From assembly GCF_009914755.1 (NCBI RefSeq), contig NC_060936.1: DNA of 64,000 nucleotides; one strand, 5' to 3'. The stretch comes from the human T2T-CHM13v2.0 reference genome, Homo sapiens. Below are positions 39,187-53,700 of this stretch, one piece after another. How positions within the stretch are numbered: position 1 is the first letter of the stretch; every line of letters begins with the position of its first letter. Position numbers and translations under genes: made by a program. The notes under the pieces are model-generated. The model saw only the letters and a program-made list of their open reading frames with translations. It was not told the DNA's origin and ran no database searches.

Positions 39187-39488
39187 GGCCAGGTGTAGTA
39201 GCTCACTCCTGTAATCCCAGCACTTTGGGAGGCCGAGGTGGGTGTATCACGAGGTCAGGAGTTGAAGACCAGCCTGACCAAGATGGTGAAACCTCATCTC
39301 TACTAAAAATACAAAAAAATTAACTGGGTGTGGTGGTGGGCATCTGTAATCTCAGCTACTCGGGAGGCTGAGGCAGAGAATTGCTTGAACCTGGGAGGCG
39401 GAGGTTGCAGTGAGCCGAGGTTGTGCCACTGCACTCCAGCCTAGGCGACAGAGCGTCTCAAAACAAAACAAAACAAAAAACAAAAAAG
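39187..39488 (+). mobile_element. AluS (Sg-like) with (AAAAC)n tail
   Basis: Full dimer; TSD caaagtctgtttag at 39171-39184 and 39489-39502. Confidence 0.94.
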
Positions 39489-39602
39489 CAAAGTCTGTTT
39501 AGCTACCCATATAGGAAAATGTTTGTGATTACTCTCCCTTCTCTAGACCCATGTCCCATAAATCCATAAATCCCATGTTCATTTACAGAAAGCAGTCTAG
39601 AT

Positions 39603-39810
39603 AGGAGTTTCTCAGTCTTTGAGCTGTTGCCATTTTGGCTTGGATAACTAACTCTTTCTTATCGAGGGTCATCCTGTGCACTGCAGAATGTTTGGCAGCA
39701 TCTCTGTCTATCCACTAGATGTCAGTAGTATCTCCCCTTCCCTCAGATGTGACAATCAAAAATGTCTCCGGATGTTGCCAAAGATAAGGGGTGGGGTTGA
39801 ATACCAGTGA
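39603..39810 (+). mobile_element. MER20
   Basis: cattttggcttggataa...cctgtgcactgcagaatgtttggcagcatc...ccactagatg...tgtgacaatcaaaaatgtctcc. Confidence 0.8.
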
Positions 39811-40364
39811 TTTAAACAAATTAGGTGTATCCTTCTAAAAACATTTTACAGGTAGCGACTCCAGCATCTTTATATTAGAGTAATCTGGAGAAGGTTATGC
39901 CTCTCTCAATTTTCCCTCTTTCCATTTTTATTTGTAGGGCAGCAATGCATTCAGGCTTTTGGTAACTCTTTTTCCCAAGATAGCAGTAACTATTATGCAG
40001 TGAGTAATACGACCCACCTTAATAGATATGAATAGACTTGTTTTGTGAATATATTTTAAAATATAAATGTATGGGATTCTGTTCATGCGTCTGAGAAGCC
40101 ACAGGGTACATTTCCTCTTTGTGGAGCTATTTATTTTTCTGGAGAGCCAAGACAGGTATTTCCACTTCAGTGGTGTGATTTGAGGGGTTAGGAAAATTTC
40201 CTTGCCTTCAATTTTCTTTCCAACCTAGATGTCACAAATACATAATAGTAGTCCTTAACTTTATTTTTGTTTTCAGTCACCTGAAAGACATGACAATCCA
40301 TACTCCATATTAATGCAGCGGCGATTCTCAAATAGAGAAGGGCTTTAAAAAATTAGAAATCTCT

Positions 40365-40693
<329 letters not shown>

Positions 40694-42450
40694 CTACTCC
40701 AACTTGAAATTTGGATGTATCTCCCTAGAGTATGTTTCTTCTCTATGCTGCATTGCAATTTTTCTTTGTTGTTGATAGTTGTCCAGATTGAGGGGAGGCA
40801 GAACAAGATGCATCTATATGTTTCCATCTCTCCGACCGATTCTCTCCCTTCCCCCTCTACTTGCTTTCTTTCTCTTTTCCCTCTTCTGTTTACCCGATTC
40901 TATTTCTGATTCCAGTATGTAACAGTTCCCTCTGAAGCTCTCTCAATACCAACAATCCTAACTAATGGTTTTTAAAAGTCAAATATTAAGTACTGGAGGG
41001 ATAGAATGAGAGAATACCAAGACTGATAAGATGCAAATAATACTTTTAACATATTTACAATCTAATAGAAATACAAGACATGCTCAAATAAGTTAATTAT
41101 TTTAATATACTCTCTCTGAGCATAAAATATAATTATATATGCTCATTATAGACATATAAAAAATAAATAGGTAGAGGCTTTCCATAGATGTGTAATTTCA
41201 CCACTTGAAAATTACTATATTTCCTTATAGACTGTTTTGTGTGTATTCACTTATATCCATCAAGTGACTACATTTCAAGGCACTATATGAGAACCATAAA
41301 TATTGTACAAACAGGATTTGCTAAATGTCGGTGGAGAGTAACAGTCCACGGGGCTGATCATGGTCAGTTTGTGAGGCAGGCCTCCAAACTCCTTGGGGAT
41401 TGAGATGATGGAGTAGCAGAGCTCTTCAAGGGTATGGAGGCCTGAAGGTACAAAGCATGCTCAGGAAATTTTGGCTATTGCGGTTTGTCTAGAGCACTTG
41501 TTCTCAACCTTACCTGCTCATTACTAATTCTACTAAGTACAGAATTAAAAGAAGAAAAAAATCTAATGACCATTTCCTCCTGGGACTAATTAGATCAAAA
41601 TCTTTGAACCCAGACATTAGCGTTTTAAAAAGCTCCTCAGATGTACTATTCAGCCAGGACTGGGGCAGGGAAAGCTACTGAACTCCAGCCTTGAGAATGA
41701 GAAGTAGAACAAGAGGAGAACTTTAAAAGGATTTAGGGGCCACTATATGACTATGGAGCTGAATTTAGATTTGATTTAGTAGGCAACGCGGAATAATTTG
41801 TTTCTGAACAGGAGAGTGACACAATCAAAGTGGAATGATAGGAAAATTAATTTTGCAAGAGAGAGAGAATGAGTTGGAAGTAAGGAACTCAGAAGGCCTC
41901 CTGGGACTCAGCAGAAAGCTCTGAGGCCACCAAATGGGTGTGGTGGTAGTGGAAATGGAGAAGAAGGGAATGTAAATGAGGCTACACAGTGGACTGCCAC
42001 TGTTAGCCGTGGGGTTAGACCACAGCAAGAGTTAAAATAATTCTTCAATTTTAACTCCAGAAGGGCCTCAAAAAGACTTTTTGTCTTGTTATCATCAGCT
42101 ATATGGAAGGTAGAATAAAAACTAGTTAGGAGAAAAGGTAATAAATGTGGCTTTTGATAGGCTGTGATTGAGTTGGAAGGGCATACCAGTGAAATCACCA
42201 ACACAAAGTTGGAAGTGTAGGAAAGCACTTAGGAGGTGGCTATAAGTGAAAATGTGAAAATTCTCTACATTAAAGGGATAGATGAAGTCACAGAAGTGGA
42301 TGACATAATTGAGCAGGGTATGTGTAGAGGGAAGACGGGAAGGTTAAGGACAAAATCTTTACATATATCTTTCTTGGAGTAGAAGGAAGAGGAAATGTTA
42401 AAGGAGATTTGATTCAATGAAACAAGTAGGTCAGGTTTCTATTCAAATTT

Positions 42451-42480
42451 ACAACAGATATAATTACAACAGATATAATT
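42451..42480 (+). repeat. Perfect 15-nt tandem duplication ending 60 nt upstream of exon 39
   Basis: acaacagatataatt x2. Confidence 0.9.
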
Positions 42481-42540
42481 TATTTAGTTTTTTTCGCTTG
42501 GACAGCTTAATTTAAGTGCTTTGTATTTTCTTTTCAAAAG

Positions 42541-42641
42541 GTGATGGCAGTTTTGGATCAGTTTACCGAGCAGCCTATGAAGGAGAAGAAGTGGCTGTGA
42601 AGATTTTTAATAAACATACATCACTCAGGCTGTTAAGACAA
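42541..42641 (+). CDS. LRRK2: LRRK2 exon 39 (101 nt); kinase Gly-loop and K1906
   Basis: ttcaaaag|GTGAT...CAA|gtaaga; [34 protein letters not shown]. Confidence 0.97.
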
Positions 42642-43929
42642 GTAAGAAATTCAATAATATAATTATATTAAATTGCACATTATTAATCTACTGGAACTCT
42701 TATTTTGCATACAGTTGTGAAAATGCAAAATAATGACCACATTTCTACTTAAGTTTAATTATGCAATCCTAGTTTGTCTTTTCGTTGTGGAGTAGAAAGT
42801 TTTGTGTTATTTCTCCTGTTGAGAAACAAAACACTATATCTGAGAATCCTTATAATCGTGATACATAGTGTGTTGTAAAACTTTTTGTAAGACTCACTTA
42901 CACTCCTCTTTTTACTTTAGAACCTTGCTGTTCAAAATGTGCTCCATGGACAAGCAGCCAGGCATTACCTAGGAGATTGTTAGAAATGTAGAAACTTGGG
43001 ACTTTTCAGTGCCATATTATTGTTCCTGATACTCCACAGTAGTCAGACTCCTAGCTGCCTCCACCTGCTTCCAGACCTTGAAGCCTAGCAAGCTCCTGAC
43101 TTCGCCTTCTGTTTTCTTCAGAGTATTTATCTTTTACTTTTCTGGTCTAGGGAGAGAATGATTTTTATTTTTATTGAACATGACTTCTGTGTGTTCAGGG
43201 TGAAAGAAGAAGTTTAATGCATGATCTCACATTGCTAATTTGATTGAAGGTTAGAAATCTTAAACTAAAACTCTCACTGATAAGCTTGCACCTCTCTTTT
43301 CTGGATTTATCCACTTTAATAAGAACTGCTATTGATTACTTGCTACAAAGATGGAGAAAGTTAGCATGCTTATCCTATTTCCTACTCCCTGTCCCTGTCC
43401 ACTTCCTAAAACTTAAAATTGGTTGCATTAATTTTCCTGATATAGTAACAATTATAACTTGGAATGATTTTCAAAACTTTTGTTTTTTTAGTATACCAAC
43501 TCTAGACAGCATGGACTGACTCCTTGCTATGTGAGATGAGGAAAATTAACGCTATTCTTTCTCCTTTTCCCATCACCTTCTCAAGTTCTTTAATTTATTC
43601 TATTATTTTTATGTAGTGAAAGTTTATAACATTTATATTCTGGTCTGTACTCATAATTAAATTGTTCACATTTTGTCTATAGTTTGGTTCTGAGAACAAA
43701 ACCAATAAATGCCATTTATATATTTTTTTATTTGTACAGAACCAAAATATTTCTACTTCTAGATAAAGAAATGCAACCTTCTGTCACTAACTTCTTTTAC
43801 TAATAGAATAGTAACATTCCAAATATCAAAGTCAAATGGATTCTCTATTGTTATGTATTTATCATCAATTTATAAAAATAAAGGCATATTTTAATTTGGT
43901 CACATTTTTACCCTGATTTAAAAAAAAAT

Positions 43930-44020
43930 TTGTTTTTAGAGATGGAGTCTCATTAGGTTGACCAGGCTGGTCTGGAACTCCTGGCCTCAAGTGATCCTCT
44001 CACCTTAACCTTCTGAGTAC
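43930..44020 (-). mobile_element. FLAM / Alu monomer fragment
   Basis: tttttagagatggagtctc...caggctggtctggaactcctggcctcaagtgatcct. Confidence 0.8.
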
Positions 44021-45667
44021 CAGTGGTGATTTATTTTATGTAGCTTTTTGAGGTTTTCTGATTATATACATATATTTTTAAAAAACGTACTTCAGGAAAA
44101 GATATATATTTTCATCATGACTTCAAGTGTTTCTAAGTTCTTAATCATACAGTTTGTATAACAGAATCTACTTTCTTCTTGAAGACATTCCTCATTCAGC
44201 ACATGACTTACTGCTCTAAACAGGAGAGATGGATTTCTAGGCTGCTTGTGCAGTGATTAATCTATGAGTTAGTTTCCTCGCCCTCTTTGATTACTCTCAA
44301 TATTTCTTGGATTCCATCCATTCTCTTGGTTGGATTGTCCTTAGTTTTTGTTGAAGAATATCTTCGAGTAATTTTTTTAAGAAAAGGTGTTTGTGAGGTA
44401 AATGTTTTCAGTCCTTACATGTTAAAAATATCTTAGTTTTGCCCTCCCATGTGGTGGATATGTCATCACACTTTATTTTTTAGGAATCTAGGCTTGAAAC
44501 AATTTTCTTCAAAATTTGAAGAAAATTCCATTGATTTTTAGTGCCCACTGTTGCTAATGAAAAGTCTGCAGTCAGTCAGATGTTTGCTCCTATCTAGGAT
44601 ACCTTTAATTTCATTTTGAAAACTGAAAATTTGACCTTTTGAATTTCATTTGTTTTCAGTGTTCTGAACCTTTACAAGTATGTGTTTGTGTGTAGGTTGT
44701 TTTTCATTCCATCTAATTCATTATTTTGTGAAAAATTGTCTTCTGTGTATTCTCTTCTATTATTTATTATTTCCTCCCTAACATTTATTAATCATTTTTA
44801 TTGACAACTACTATGTACCAGGTTAGGTGATGGGACATATGATATATATATAGTAGTAAGCTAAACCCAGTCAAGGCTCTGCTTCTCTGGAGCCTATATC
44901 TAGTTACTTATGATTCATTATTGCTTATCATTGCTCCAAGAGTATATGTTAGATGACAAGCCTTTTGGGTCTATCATCCATGTTTGAGTTCCCTCTTCAA
45001 GTTTTATCTATAATTTGTGTTACTTACTTGACTGTCTCTTACAGGTTTCTAATATTTTTTAGAATTGCATCATCTATTATTTAGCTTTCTGGTGAATTTT
45101 GTTTTGATAATCATATTTTCCATTTCCAGCAATTCTTTCCATCCCCTCTGGTTGTTCCTTTGTAGCCATGTTTTTGGATAAAATGTCCATAGGTGTTTCT
45201 GTTCATGTCAATTAGAATTTTTTTTTGTATTACTTGCATTATTGCTTTTTTCTCTGAGGTTATTTGCTCTGTGGGTTCATCTTGATCTTTCTCTTTTATC
45301 TTGTCAGTTTTCCAAATTGAGTAGTTTTGGGTGACTTCGTATGAAGTAAGTACTCTATTGATTGTTAAAGAAGGACTGTATTGATTATTAAAGGTAACTA
45401 GAATGGGCATTCTTCACATTCATGTAGGTTTGCTTGTTCAAGTTACCACTTTCTGAACAAGAAGGTTAGACCATAGACTTTTAAGGGCTGCATACTGCAA
45501 AGGGATACTCTGTTCTTTAGGTTACATGGGCAGGGATCACTGCTGAGACCATACCTGCCAAAGGAAGGCAGGCTTTGCTCTCTAGATGCTGGACTTGAAA
45601 TTGTTTCCCCTCTGCTTAGTGCTGCATTATTTTTTTTGCTTCTTAATCTGCTGCAGAGTATCTAGAT

Positions 45668-45888
45668 CAGGGTGTCCAATCTTTTGGCTTCCCTGGGCCG
45701 TATTGGAAGAAGAATTGCCTTGGGCCATATATAAAATACACTAACACTAATGATAGCTGATGAGCTTAAAAAAATTACAAAAAAAAAATCTCATAATGTT
45801 TTAAGAAAGTTTATGAATTTGGGTTGGGCCACATTCAAAGCCATCCTGGGCCACATGCGACCTGTGGGCCACAAGTTGGACAAGCTTG
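45668..45888 (+). mobile_element. MER30 (hAT-Charlie MITE)
   Basis: cagggtgtccaatcttttggcttccctgggcc...ttggacaagcttg; 8-bp TSD ATCTAGAT/TTCTAGAT (hAT NTCTAGAN target). Confidence 0.92.
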
Positions 45889-47879
45889 TTCTAGATACTT
45901 CAGACTCTGTTCTACATCTCTTCATAGATCAATAACTTGCAGCAATGAGTTTATCAGATAAATTATGTTCACTTTTCATCCATAAAAAAAGTCATGGGAG
46001 GTACTCACCATAGGATTGGTTTAATCCAGTCACTCTGGCCAATTTTCTTTAAAATTCCTTTAACCTTGGTATATTGGTTTAATTCCTTCAGAATGGCTTT
46101 TCCCATTGTGATAAACTGGTTCCAGGCTTCACGAGTACTTATTCCAAGTACAGAAGGAAAGAGGGTACCTCTTTTGAGTACTTGTATTTCAAAGGAATCA
46201 AATGGCCTACATAATAACCCATTAAATAAATAGATGTCTCTCAGCCCCAGTGAGTCATCTGTGCTTTTCTCAACAAGCACTATGTTCAGGGCAATGCTTT
46301 GTGCTAATTGGCTTTAGGCCTTTGTTACCAAACTGATCACTGTGGCCCTGAGGGTGCTGTTACTTAGAATATTCCCACCTTTTCTGAGAGGCTGATGTTG
46401 GGGTCACTTCCCCCTGAACTAAAGTCCAGGGGCTGCATGGGTGAGGGTTGAGTAACTCAGTACTCTAAGGAGGAAAGGAAGGGGAATATACACTGTTAGT
46501 TAACAGTGGTTATTCCTGTATTCTCTCTTGTTTGGATTCTACTGGGGATTTCTTTCTTTTTTTGAGTCTTTATTGACATTAGGAATGAGAGATAGAAACA
46601 GGGTGAGAGAGGAAGTAAAATTAAATGTGAATTCTTCCATCTTATACCAGAACTCAACTGTATTTTTGGAATCTATATATCCTTACTTTTCCCTTGATTT
46701 ATTACAAAAAATTCTTAGTGGCTACACTAAGTAAATTTTGTAACCTTTAAAAAATACATAGTTATAATATTTTAAGTACTCTGAGTAATAGAAGATTTCA
46801 TGTGAGTACAAAATATCCTGGGGGCATTTTAATTATTAGTAACAACAGTCACACTGTAGTTCTAGAACCAAATTGAACATTTTATATATAGAAGCTTATC
46901 TGTGAATCAAATCTGACATAATCTCTTTTAATGTGTAGGTAATTTCTTATATAAATTGATTTTTTGGCCTTGCTGTCAGCATGCATTTCAAATTTTACAC
47001 CATGTGTTTGGGGAGCTATGGTGGAAATTAGTACATTAAAAATGTCTACAGAGCCAATTAGTGTATAAGCAGGGAGGCAAACTAAGGGAATGGTGGAAGA
47101 AATTAAAAAAAAAGGGGTGTGCATAATGTGCTTCTTCTCTTAAAAAAAAAAAAAAGAAAAAGACAACAACAAAAAGAAAGAAAAATGACATTTGACGGTC
47201 ATTCTACCAGTAGTCATGGGGCAGATCTATATTATACTGTACTATTACGCTGTTTTTTCTTTGCAATTAGTGAGTTGCTTTTCCAGGATAGAAAATTTGG
47301 ATTAGACCTCTGTCTGTGCCTATGAAAACAAGCAGAGCTAACTTAACTCCTTCTCATCAGTTCTAACCAACTGACATGGGCATTAAAAAAAAGATTTTAT
47401 CTACTAAGCAAATATGATCACAGTCTGAAGCTTTGTTCTTGGAAAATCCCCTCTCAGGGTGTTCAGCCTTTCTTCTTCAGCTTGCAGAATTCTCCATGTT
47501 TCAGTTTCCTGATAAATCAGTGGGCGCCGCTACTCCACATCTTTGAAGCTGGTTGTTAAGAAGCAGTGCTTCTGCAGCAATCACAGTTTAAAGCATGAAT
47601 CAATTTAACATCACACAAGCTATACATTTCAACAGAGTTACAGTTTCAGAGTAAAGTGCAATATACAGTATAAAGCGAATCTGGAATTCAAGCCCAACAA
47701 TGTCATAAAAGAGGCTGTGAAGTCTCACATGATGTGGGCCACAGAGAGGGTTGTTGCCATTGGATCTTAGCTCAAATACTACCACATCTTCGGAGTGGCC
47801 TGCCATGGGCCACCCTTACTAAGGCAATCCCTCTGTCCAAGCCAAAATGATATCTCGGACTTTTTTTGAATTGCAGAGA

Positions 47880-48240
47880 GATTGTTGCAGCCAGGGATTG
47901 CCTTAGTAAGGGTGGCCCATGGCGGGCCTCTCTGAGGATGTGGTAATATTTGAGATAAGATCTGAATGGCAAGACTTCAGCCATGTGAAGGGTGGAGGGA
48001 TTTCTAGGGAAAGGGGTCAGCACAGGCAAAGACCCTATGATGGGAAGAAGCTGGGCACAGCTTGGGATTGAATGAATGCCAATGTGGCTGAAGGGTGGTG
48101 ATTGAAGAGGAGGGGGAGACGAGAAGGTCTGGAAGGCCTGGGGCATGATCAGATCAGGTGCTGAGGCCGTGGAAGTAGATGGGATTTTCATCTAAGGGAA
48201 ATGGGAAGTCATTAGAGAGTTTTCAGGAGGGGATGATATG
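47880..48240. mobile_element. L2 remnant
   Basis: ggcctctctgaggatgtgg..atttgag...agcacaggcaaagaccct...gccaatgtggctga...aatgggaagtcattagagagttttcag. Confidence 0.6.
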
Positions 48241-48517
48241 TATTTTTTTAAAATTGAGCATTATCCTCGGTAAACTTTTGTAGTCGTTAAACCAGAGATT
48301 ATAGGCAGGTTTTACCTCATATGCCAGTTGCAGCTGATTAGTAGTGGCTATAGAGAATCCTGGGCTGAGAAGGATACTGTGGCTAACCAGAATTCAGTAG
48401 ATGAGTTTGACGTGGCCTGTTAGTATGACTACACTGTGTGCACTGTTTCTGCATTAAATGTCTGATAAAAACAGAGCCAAAGGAAAAATAGAACTTAAAA
48501 ATTTAATTCTGACAGTA

Positions 48518-48961
48518 CAGTTGACCCTTGAAAAACATAAAGGTTGGGGTGCTGACCCCTTGTGCAGTCAAAAATTTGCATATAACTTTTGACCTCCCCA
48601 AAAAACTGAACCACTGATAGCCCACTGTTGACTGGAAGCTTTACTGATAACATAAACACTTGATTAACACATGTTTTATATGTTATCTGTATTATATACT
48701 CCATTCTTACCATAAAGCAAGCTAGAGAAAAGAGTATTTTATTTAAAAAATCATAATGAAGAGAAATATATTTAATCTTCGTTAAGTAGAAGTGGATCAT
48801 TATAAAGGTCTTCACCCTCATCATCTTCACATTGAGTGGGCTGAGGAGGGGGAGGTAGAGGAAAGGTTGGTCTTGCTGTCTCAAGAGTGGCAGAGGTGGA
48901 AGAAAATTTATGTATATGTGGACTCATGCACTTCAATCCCATGTTGTCCATAGGTCAACTG
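48518..48961 (+). mobile_element. Tigger2a/MER28-like Tc1-mariner non-autonomous element
   Basis: TIRs CAGTTGACC...GGTCAACTG flanked by TA on both sides; 444 bp. Confidence 0.88.
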
Positions 48962-49148
48962 TAGTTTCAAAACCAGCTTTTTATTACTGAAAATACGGGA
49001 AAAAAAACTCAGAGAAGAAATGGAAAGTTTGCTATGATCCAGTCATACAGAGAAATCCATGTTCAGCCTGTTGATGCACTTTAAAGAAGGAGATACGTGG
49101 GTAAAACCTGATGTTGAATTACTCTTACATGATTTTGGACTTTTGCAG

Positions 49149-49339
49149 GAGCTTGTGGTGCTTTGCCACCTCCACCACCCCAGTTTGATATCTTTGCTGG
49201 CAGCTGGGATTCGTCCCCGGATGTTGGTGATGGAGTTAGCCTCCAAGGGTTCCTTGGATCGCCTGCTTCAGCAGGACAAAGCCAGCCTCACTAGAACCCT
49301 ACAGCACAGGATTGCACTCCACGTAGCTGATGGTTTGAG
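49149..49339 (+). CDS. LRRK2: LRRK2 exon 40 (191 nt); kinase hinge
   Basis: tttgcag|GAGCT...TGAG|gtaagt; [13 protein letters not shown]...[12 protein letters not shown]...ADGL. Confidence 0.97.
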
Positions 49340-49959
49340 GTAAGTAGGTCATGTTGTTTTCTATTCAGTGCATGACAAGTGTGATCCAGACTTGCTCTCA
49401 GGTTCTGAGAACACTTCCCAGTAACACTGTGCCCCAGTAACAATTTATAAACAATTTGGATGAAAACTACCATTTCCCTGATCAAATTTTGTAATTTCAG
49501 AAAATAAGAGTATGGAAACCATGCAGAACCTCATAGCAAGTAGTAATAGACTTTGAACCCACAAGTTCTGCTCTAGAACCCATCATCTTAACCCTGTACT
49601 GATCTGCCTTCTATAAAAATGTATAAGTTAGGCTTCACAGTATCAAAGTAAGTGTCAATTACATGATTCCAATGAGGAAAGATGAGTCCATACTTCTCAA
49701 GGGGACTAGAGTGATTCATGTTGGATTCTTCGGCATGACCATCTCACATGTCTCAGAGGCACACCTAACCCTGCATCCAGAGCAAGCTTTGGAGAGGGAG
49801 CACACTGGAGTGGAAAGGCTGTGGTCTTTGAAGACAAAAGGCCTGGGATTCATCACTATTCCACACATTTAGTAACTGTGATTTTATATCTCTGATTCCC
49901 ATTTTTTAAATAGTCTGTGAACCATGACTAATATTTAATGCATAAAATTATGATGACTT

Positions 49960-50700
49960 CTGTAATAATTGGAGACATTCCAGATGAAACTCTTGATGTC
50001 CCCTCTGCCATTGCTCCCCAACCCCAGTCACCCTGTTACACCTGAGAGTCACCTTACATTCCTTTCTTCCTCTCTCATTTCACAGCTAATCCTTCAGCAA
50101 ATCTTTTCAGCTCTGCCACCAAAATATATCTTAATGCTTCTAACAATTTCTCTCACTAACGTCTAAATCTGAGCCAGTATCATCTCTCATTGCCTACTGG
50201 TCCCCTGCTTCTACCTCTGTCTCATGATAGTCCCATTCCTCACCCAGCCTCTGGAGTGATTTTTCTAACATGAAAGTTGGATCAGGACTTGTTCCTGTTA
50301 TTACCCCTCCCCTGCCTTATTTCTTGGGTACAGTGCTCAGCCACTCCCATCCCTGAGGTTCCTTGCAGATACCAGAGGCTTTATATCTGCTGTTGATTTC
50401 ACTCAGGAATGTCTGACTCCCAGATGTGCTCTCTACTTATTATAAAGGATTATCTGAATCTTTCTGAATCCTTTCATTTAGGACTCTCAGCAGAGAGGAT
50501 GTCCGCAACGACCCTTTGTCTCTCCAGCCCCTATAGGACTATTGCTGCCTAGGATTCTTTATGTTTTCATTTTTTAAAAACTTATTTATTGTCTGTCTTG
50601 CCATCAGAATCTAAGTACCATGAAAGAAGGGACTTTTCGTCTTGTTTGCCATTGTATCTCTAGCTCCTAAAATAGTAAGCCTTCAGAATTACTGTGTTGA
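49960..50700. mobile_element. L2 remnant
   Basis: atccttcagcaaatcttttcagctct...ctggagtgatttttctaacatgaaagttggatca...ctaagtaccatgaaagaagggac...gtatctctagctccta. Confidence 0.6.
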
Positions 50701-53700
50701 CAGTAGGGGAAGGGGGAGAAAGGAGGAAAGAAGGAAAACAGTGCCTGGGGCATAGAAGCCAAGCAGTGTATGCAACTTTCCTTCTCTTCTTTCTCTTCTG
50801 AAATGCTATGAATATGCCTTTTAGGTAGTATCCAGAAATGTTCCTTCCTGAAAGGGTCCAGAAACTACTGAAAACTGTACAGATTATGAAATGAAACAGG
50901 GTGCAGGGATTTGGATTTGAGTTGATGTTTCTGCTTTTGAACACCAGGGGGAATCTTGGGTTACATTAATCTAGGTAAAGTGCAGAATAGTCTCCTGTAT
51001 TTCAGTGCCCTCTTTCCTTCATTTAACTAACTCTAGGTTCTAGTTTTTCCCTAATTCTTCCACAAATCCCCAAAGTGTTTATTTATAAAGTGAAGAATTG
51101 CTATTTTTTAACACTGTTCGAAACACCTTATCTCTAAAATGACTTATTCTAGTTCTCTGAAACCTTACTTTAAATAACAAATCCAGCAGTTTCTGATGAA
51201 GTAAATGAAATGTCAGCATATTTTAAAATAATTTGCCTAATTTGTTCTTAGCATAATGCCAGAAAAGCTTTCTGGATTTTGTATCACAAAAGGCTAGTAG
51301 ATTTCAGTAGCTATCAATCTTCTACCAGCACTAAGTATATTTTAAAAACTCAGCATTAAGGTTTATTTTTCCAAGTATGTTTCAGCACAGGAAATAAAAT
51401 CATGCTCCTTTGGAGTCCCTTAAATGCTGGAGCTGTTTAGAGTGACATACAAGAACTTTCTTCACGTTACATGCTCTCTCTTCCTCCATCTTGCTTTTAA
51501 CTGTTAGCTTACTTCTCCAATTCAATCCACTTCGTTTGAACTCTTTATCATAATTCTATAAACCTTATGAAAATACAGTCAACTGCATTTTCTATATGTT
51601 TCTGTGTTTCAATATCTTCAAAATGGAATGTACTGCCTTGGTACATCACCCACTATGAATCTGTTATTTCTGTTATATCCCACAGTTGCCAGGCCAGGAT
51701 ACTTGTCCCATCCAGGCCAAACACCTTCCCCCGAAAGCAAGTATGCATTTGTCCACCAGGTCCTTGACTCTATTTTACATTATCTTTTTAGTCAATTCAT
51801 TTATTTTTATGCCACTCCTGCTGTCTTGGTTCAGTATGTCCAGGGAATTATCAGAATTTCTTTTCTAAAATAAAAATCTGTTTATGCTTGCAATTCCTTG
51901 ACAGTTCTCAATTATCTGCAAAGTGCATCCAAACTTCTTGGCATAGCATCAAAGATCTTTCTGTATGCCTCTTGCTTCCCTTTGCGGCCCCTGCCACCCC
52001 ACTGCCCACACTGCATTCTAGCCGTGATGACAGGCTTGAATTTTCAGTTATGCTCATGTCTGTCCATCATTGTATTTGTTATTCCTCTCTTTCCACCAAG
52101 TTGTCTGCCTAGAGAGCTCATTTTCCTTAAGAATTTCTTCACAAACCATCTCTACTATGAAGCTCAAGTGTGTCATGAAGTGTTAGCTTCTCCAACTTGT
52201 GTTTCTTGCAGACACTCTGTGCAAGACATTGACTTAGGTGCTAAAGAGGGAAAGCTAGATATTATATTGTTCTTGAGGTTGAAAGCTTACAGTCTAGTAG
52301 GAGAGTCAACTTTGCTGTCTTTACCTCAGTGTTTTTCTCCTTCTGTGCTTCCCTAGCACGTGGTACTTACATATTTCTGGAATCTTGATTAAACACCTGT
52401 TTGAGGACTGTTTGAGCACAATCCTTCTGGATTGTGACACCCTCAAGGGAGCAGAGATACAAAGATGGCTTTGTATACTAAATGACTGGCCCTCATAGAT
52501 ACTTAGTACATATTTGTCAAATAAATGAATGCATTCTATTTTTGGAATAATTCTATTCAGAATCAGATAAAGTTTACTTTAAGCTATGAAGAAAGAAGTC
52601 TCTTAGCAACTCTTACAATAATCACAATCAAAGAATGACTGTTTAACTTAATATAAACCAGTTTGTTTTAATAAAATATTTGACAATAGTCATGGTTACA
52701 CAATGCATAAATTATGGCTAAATTATTATCAGGAAGGAAAAATCTTTACTTATTATTTCAAAAGCTATTTTGCCAGTCTATTAAAAGCTATTAGAACTGC
52801 ACTTCTTAAGATTAAATTCTATAATTGAACATTTTAACTAACCAAGATATTATCTCTTTCCCACTGACATTATTTCAAATTAAGCTTAACTATTTCTTTT
52901 TAGCCTTTGGAAAGTATTCTGAAAGAGTCTGTGTTCTATAAATATACTTAAAGAGGCATGTCTTATAAAGGATTTGGATACTATTCAATGATGTATGACT
53001 TGGCTTTAGCTTTTTTATTCTTAATCTCTCAGCTTTTCTCTTCAGCAGGGGAAGAGTACCTAATGGCCTTTCAGTAATCCCTTGGTAAATTTTTCTTTCA
53101 AGCCCATTAGTTACTGTGAAGGTCAACTTCATTAGTGTATTTATCTTATTTTTTTCAGCCCAAAATAGGTATATTGAAATGAATGGGCCTAATGTCAAAT
53201 GTCCCGACTACATCCTGGAAGAGAGAGAATCTTCAGCTGTATTAGTTGATGCAGTTAAATAATATGTACTCTCCAGGCCCTCATACAATTGAAAGTTCAG
53301 GGTATCGTTGCTGCTCTGCTTCTAATCCTTCCAGAAGTGATTGGTGCTAGGTGATGGAGTAACTATTAATTGATATAATGTGAGCCAAAACCAACAGTCA
53401 CGAATAAGCAAAGGATTTAAATTTAACTCCATTAAGTCTTGTGAGAAATTATTTTCAACATGGGTTATAACATACCTGTGACATCACATGAAATGCTGTA
53501 GTCAATTTGACATCATGGGGCAGAGAAGACAGAGTTGGAAATCAGAATTTTATAGACATCTAATGTGATAATAACATTAGTAGCTGAGATGCGGTAAGCT
53601 CTTTGACCATGTTTCCAGAATGGATAAGACCTGGTTGAGATGAAAACTTTACACTGTTTTTTTATATTAACTATCTTTTACTCTTTGCCTGAAATGTCCA

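Noticed and set aside
46145-46184. Small hairpin caagtac..aaagagg-gta-cctcttt..gtacttg
   Set aside because: Only two 7-bp stems with an asymmetric bulge; too short for a pre-miRNA and expected by chance.
49059-49148. In-frame ATGs upstream of exon 40, next to the Tigger element (possible internal start)
   Set aside because: Thirty open codons is within chance, no promoter is evident, and the product would lack the kinase Gly-loop and K1906.
51898-52356. 152-aa ORF; also 47772-48191 and 56414-56842
   Set aside because: They lie in L2-like or low-complexity intronic DNA, with biased composition and no domain motifs.
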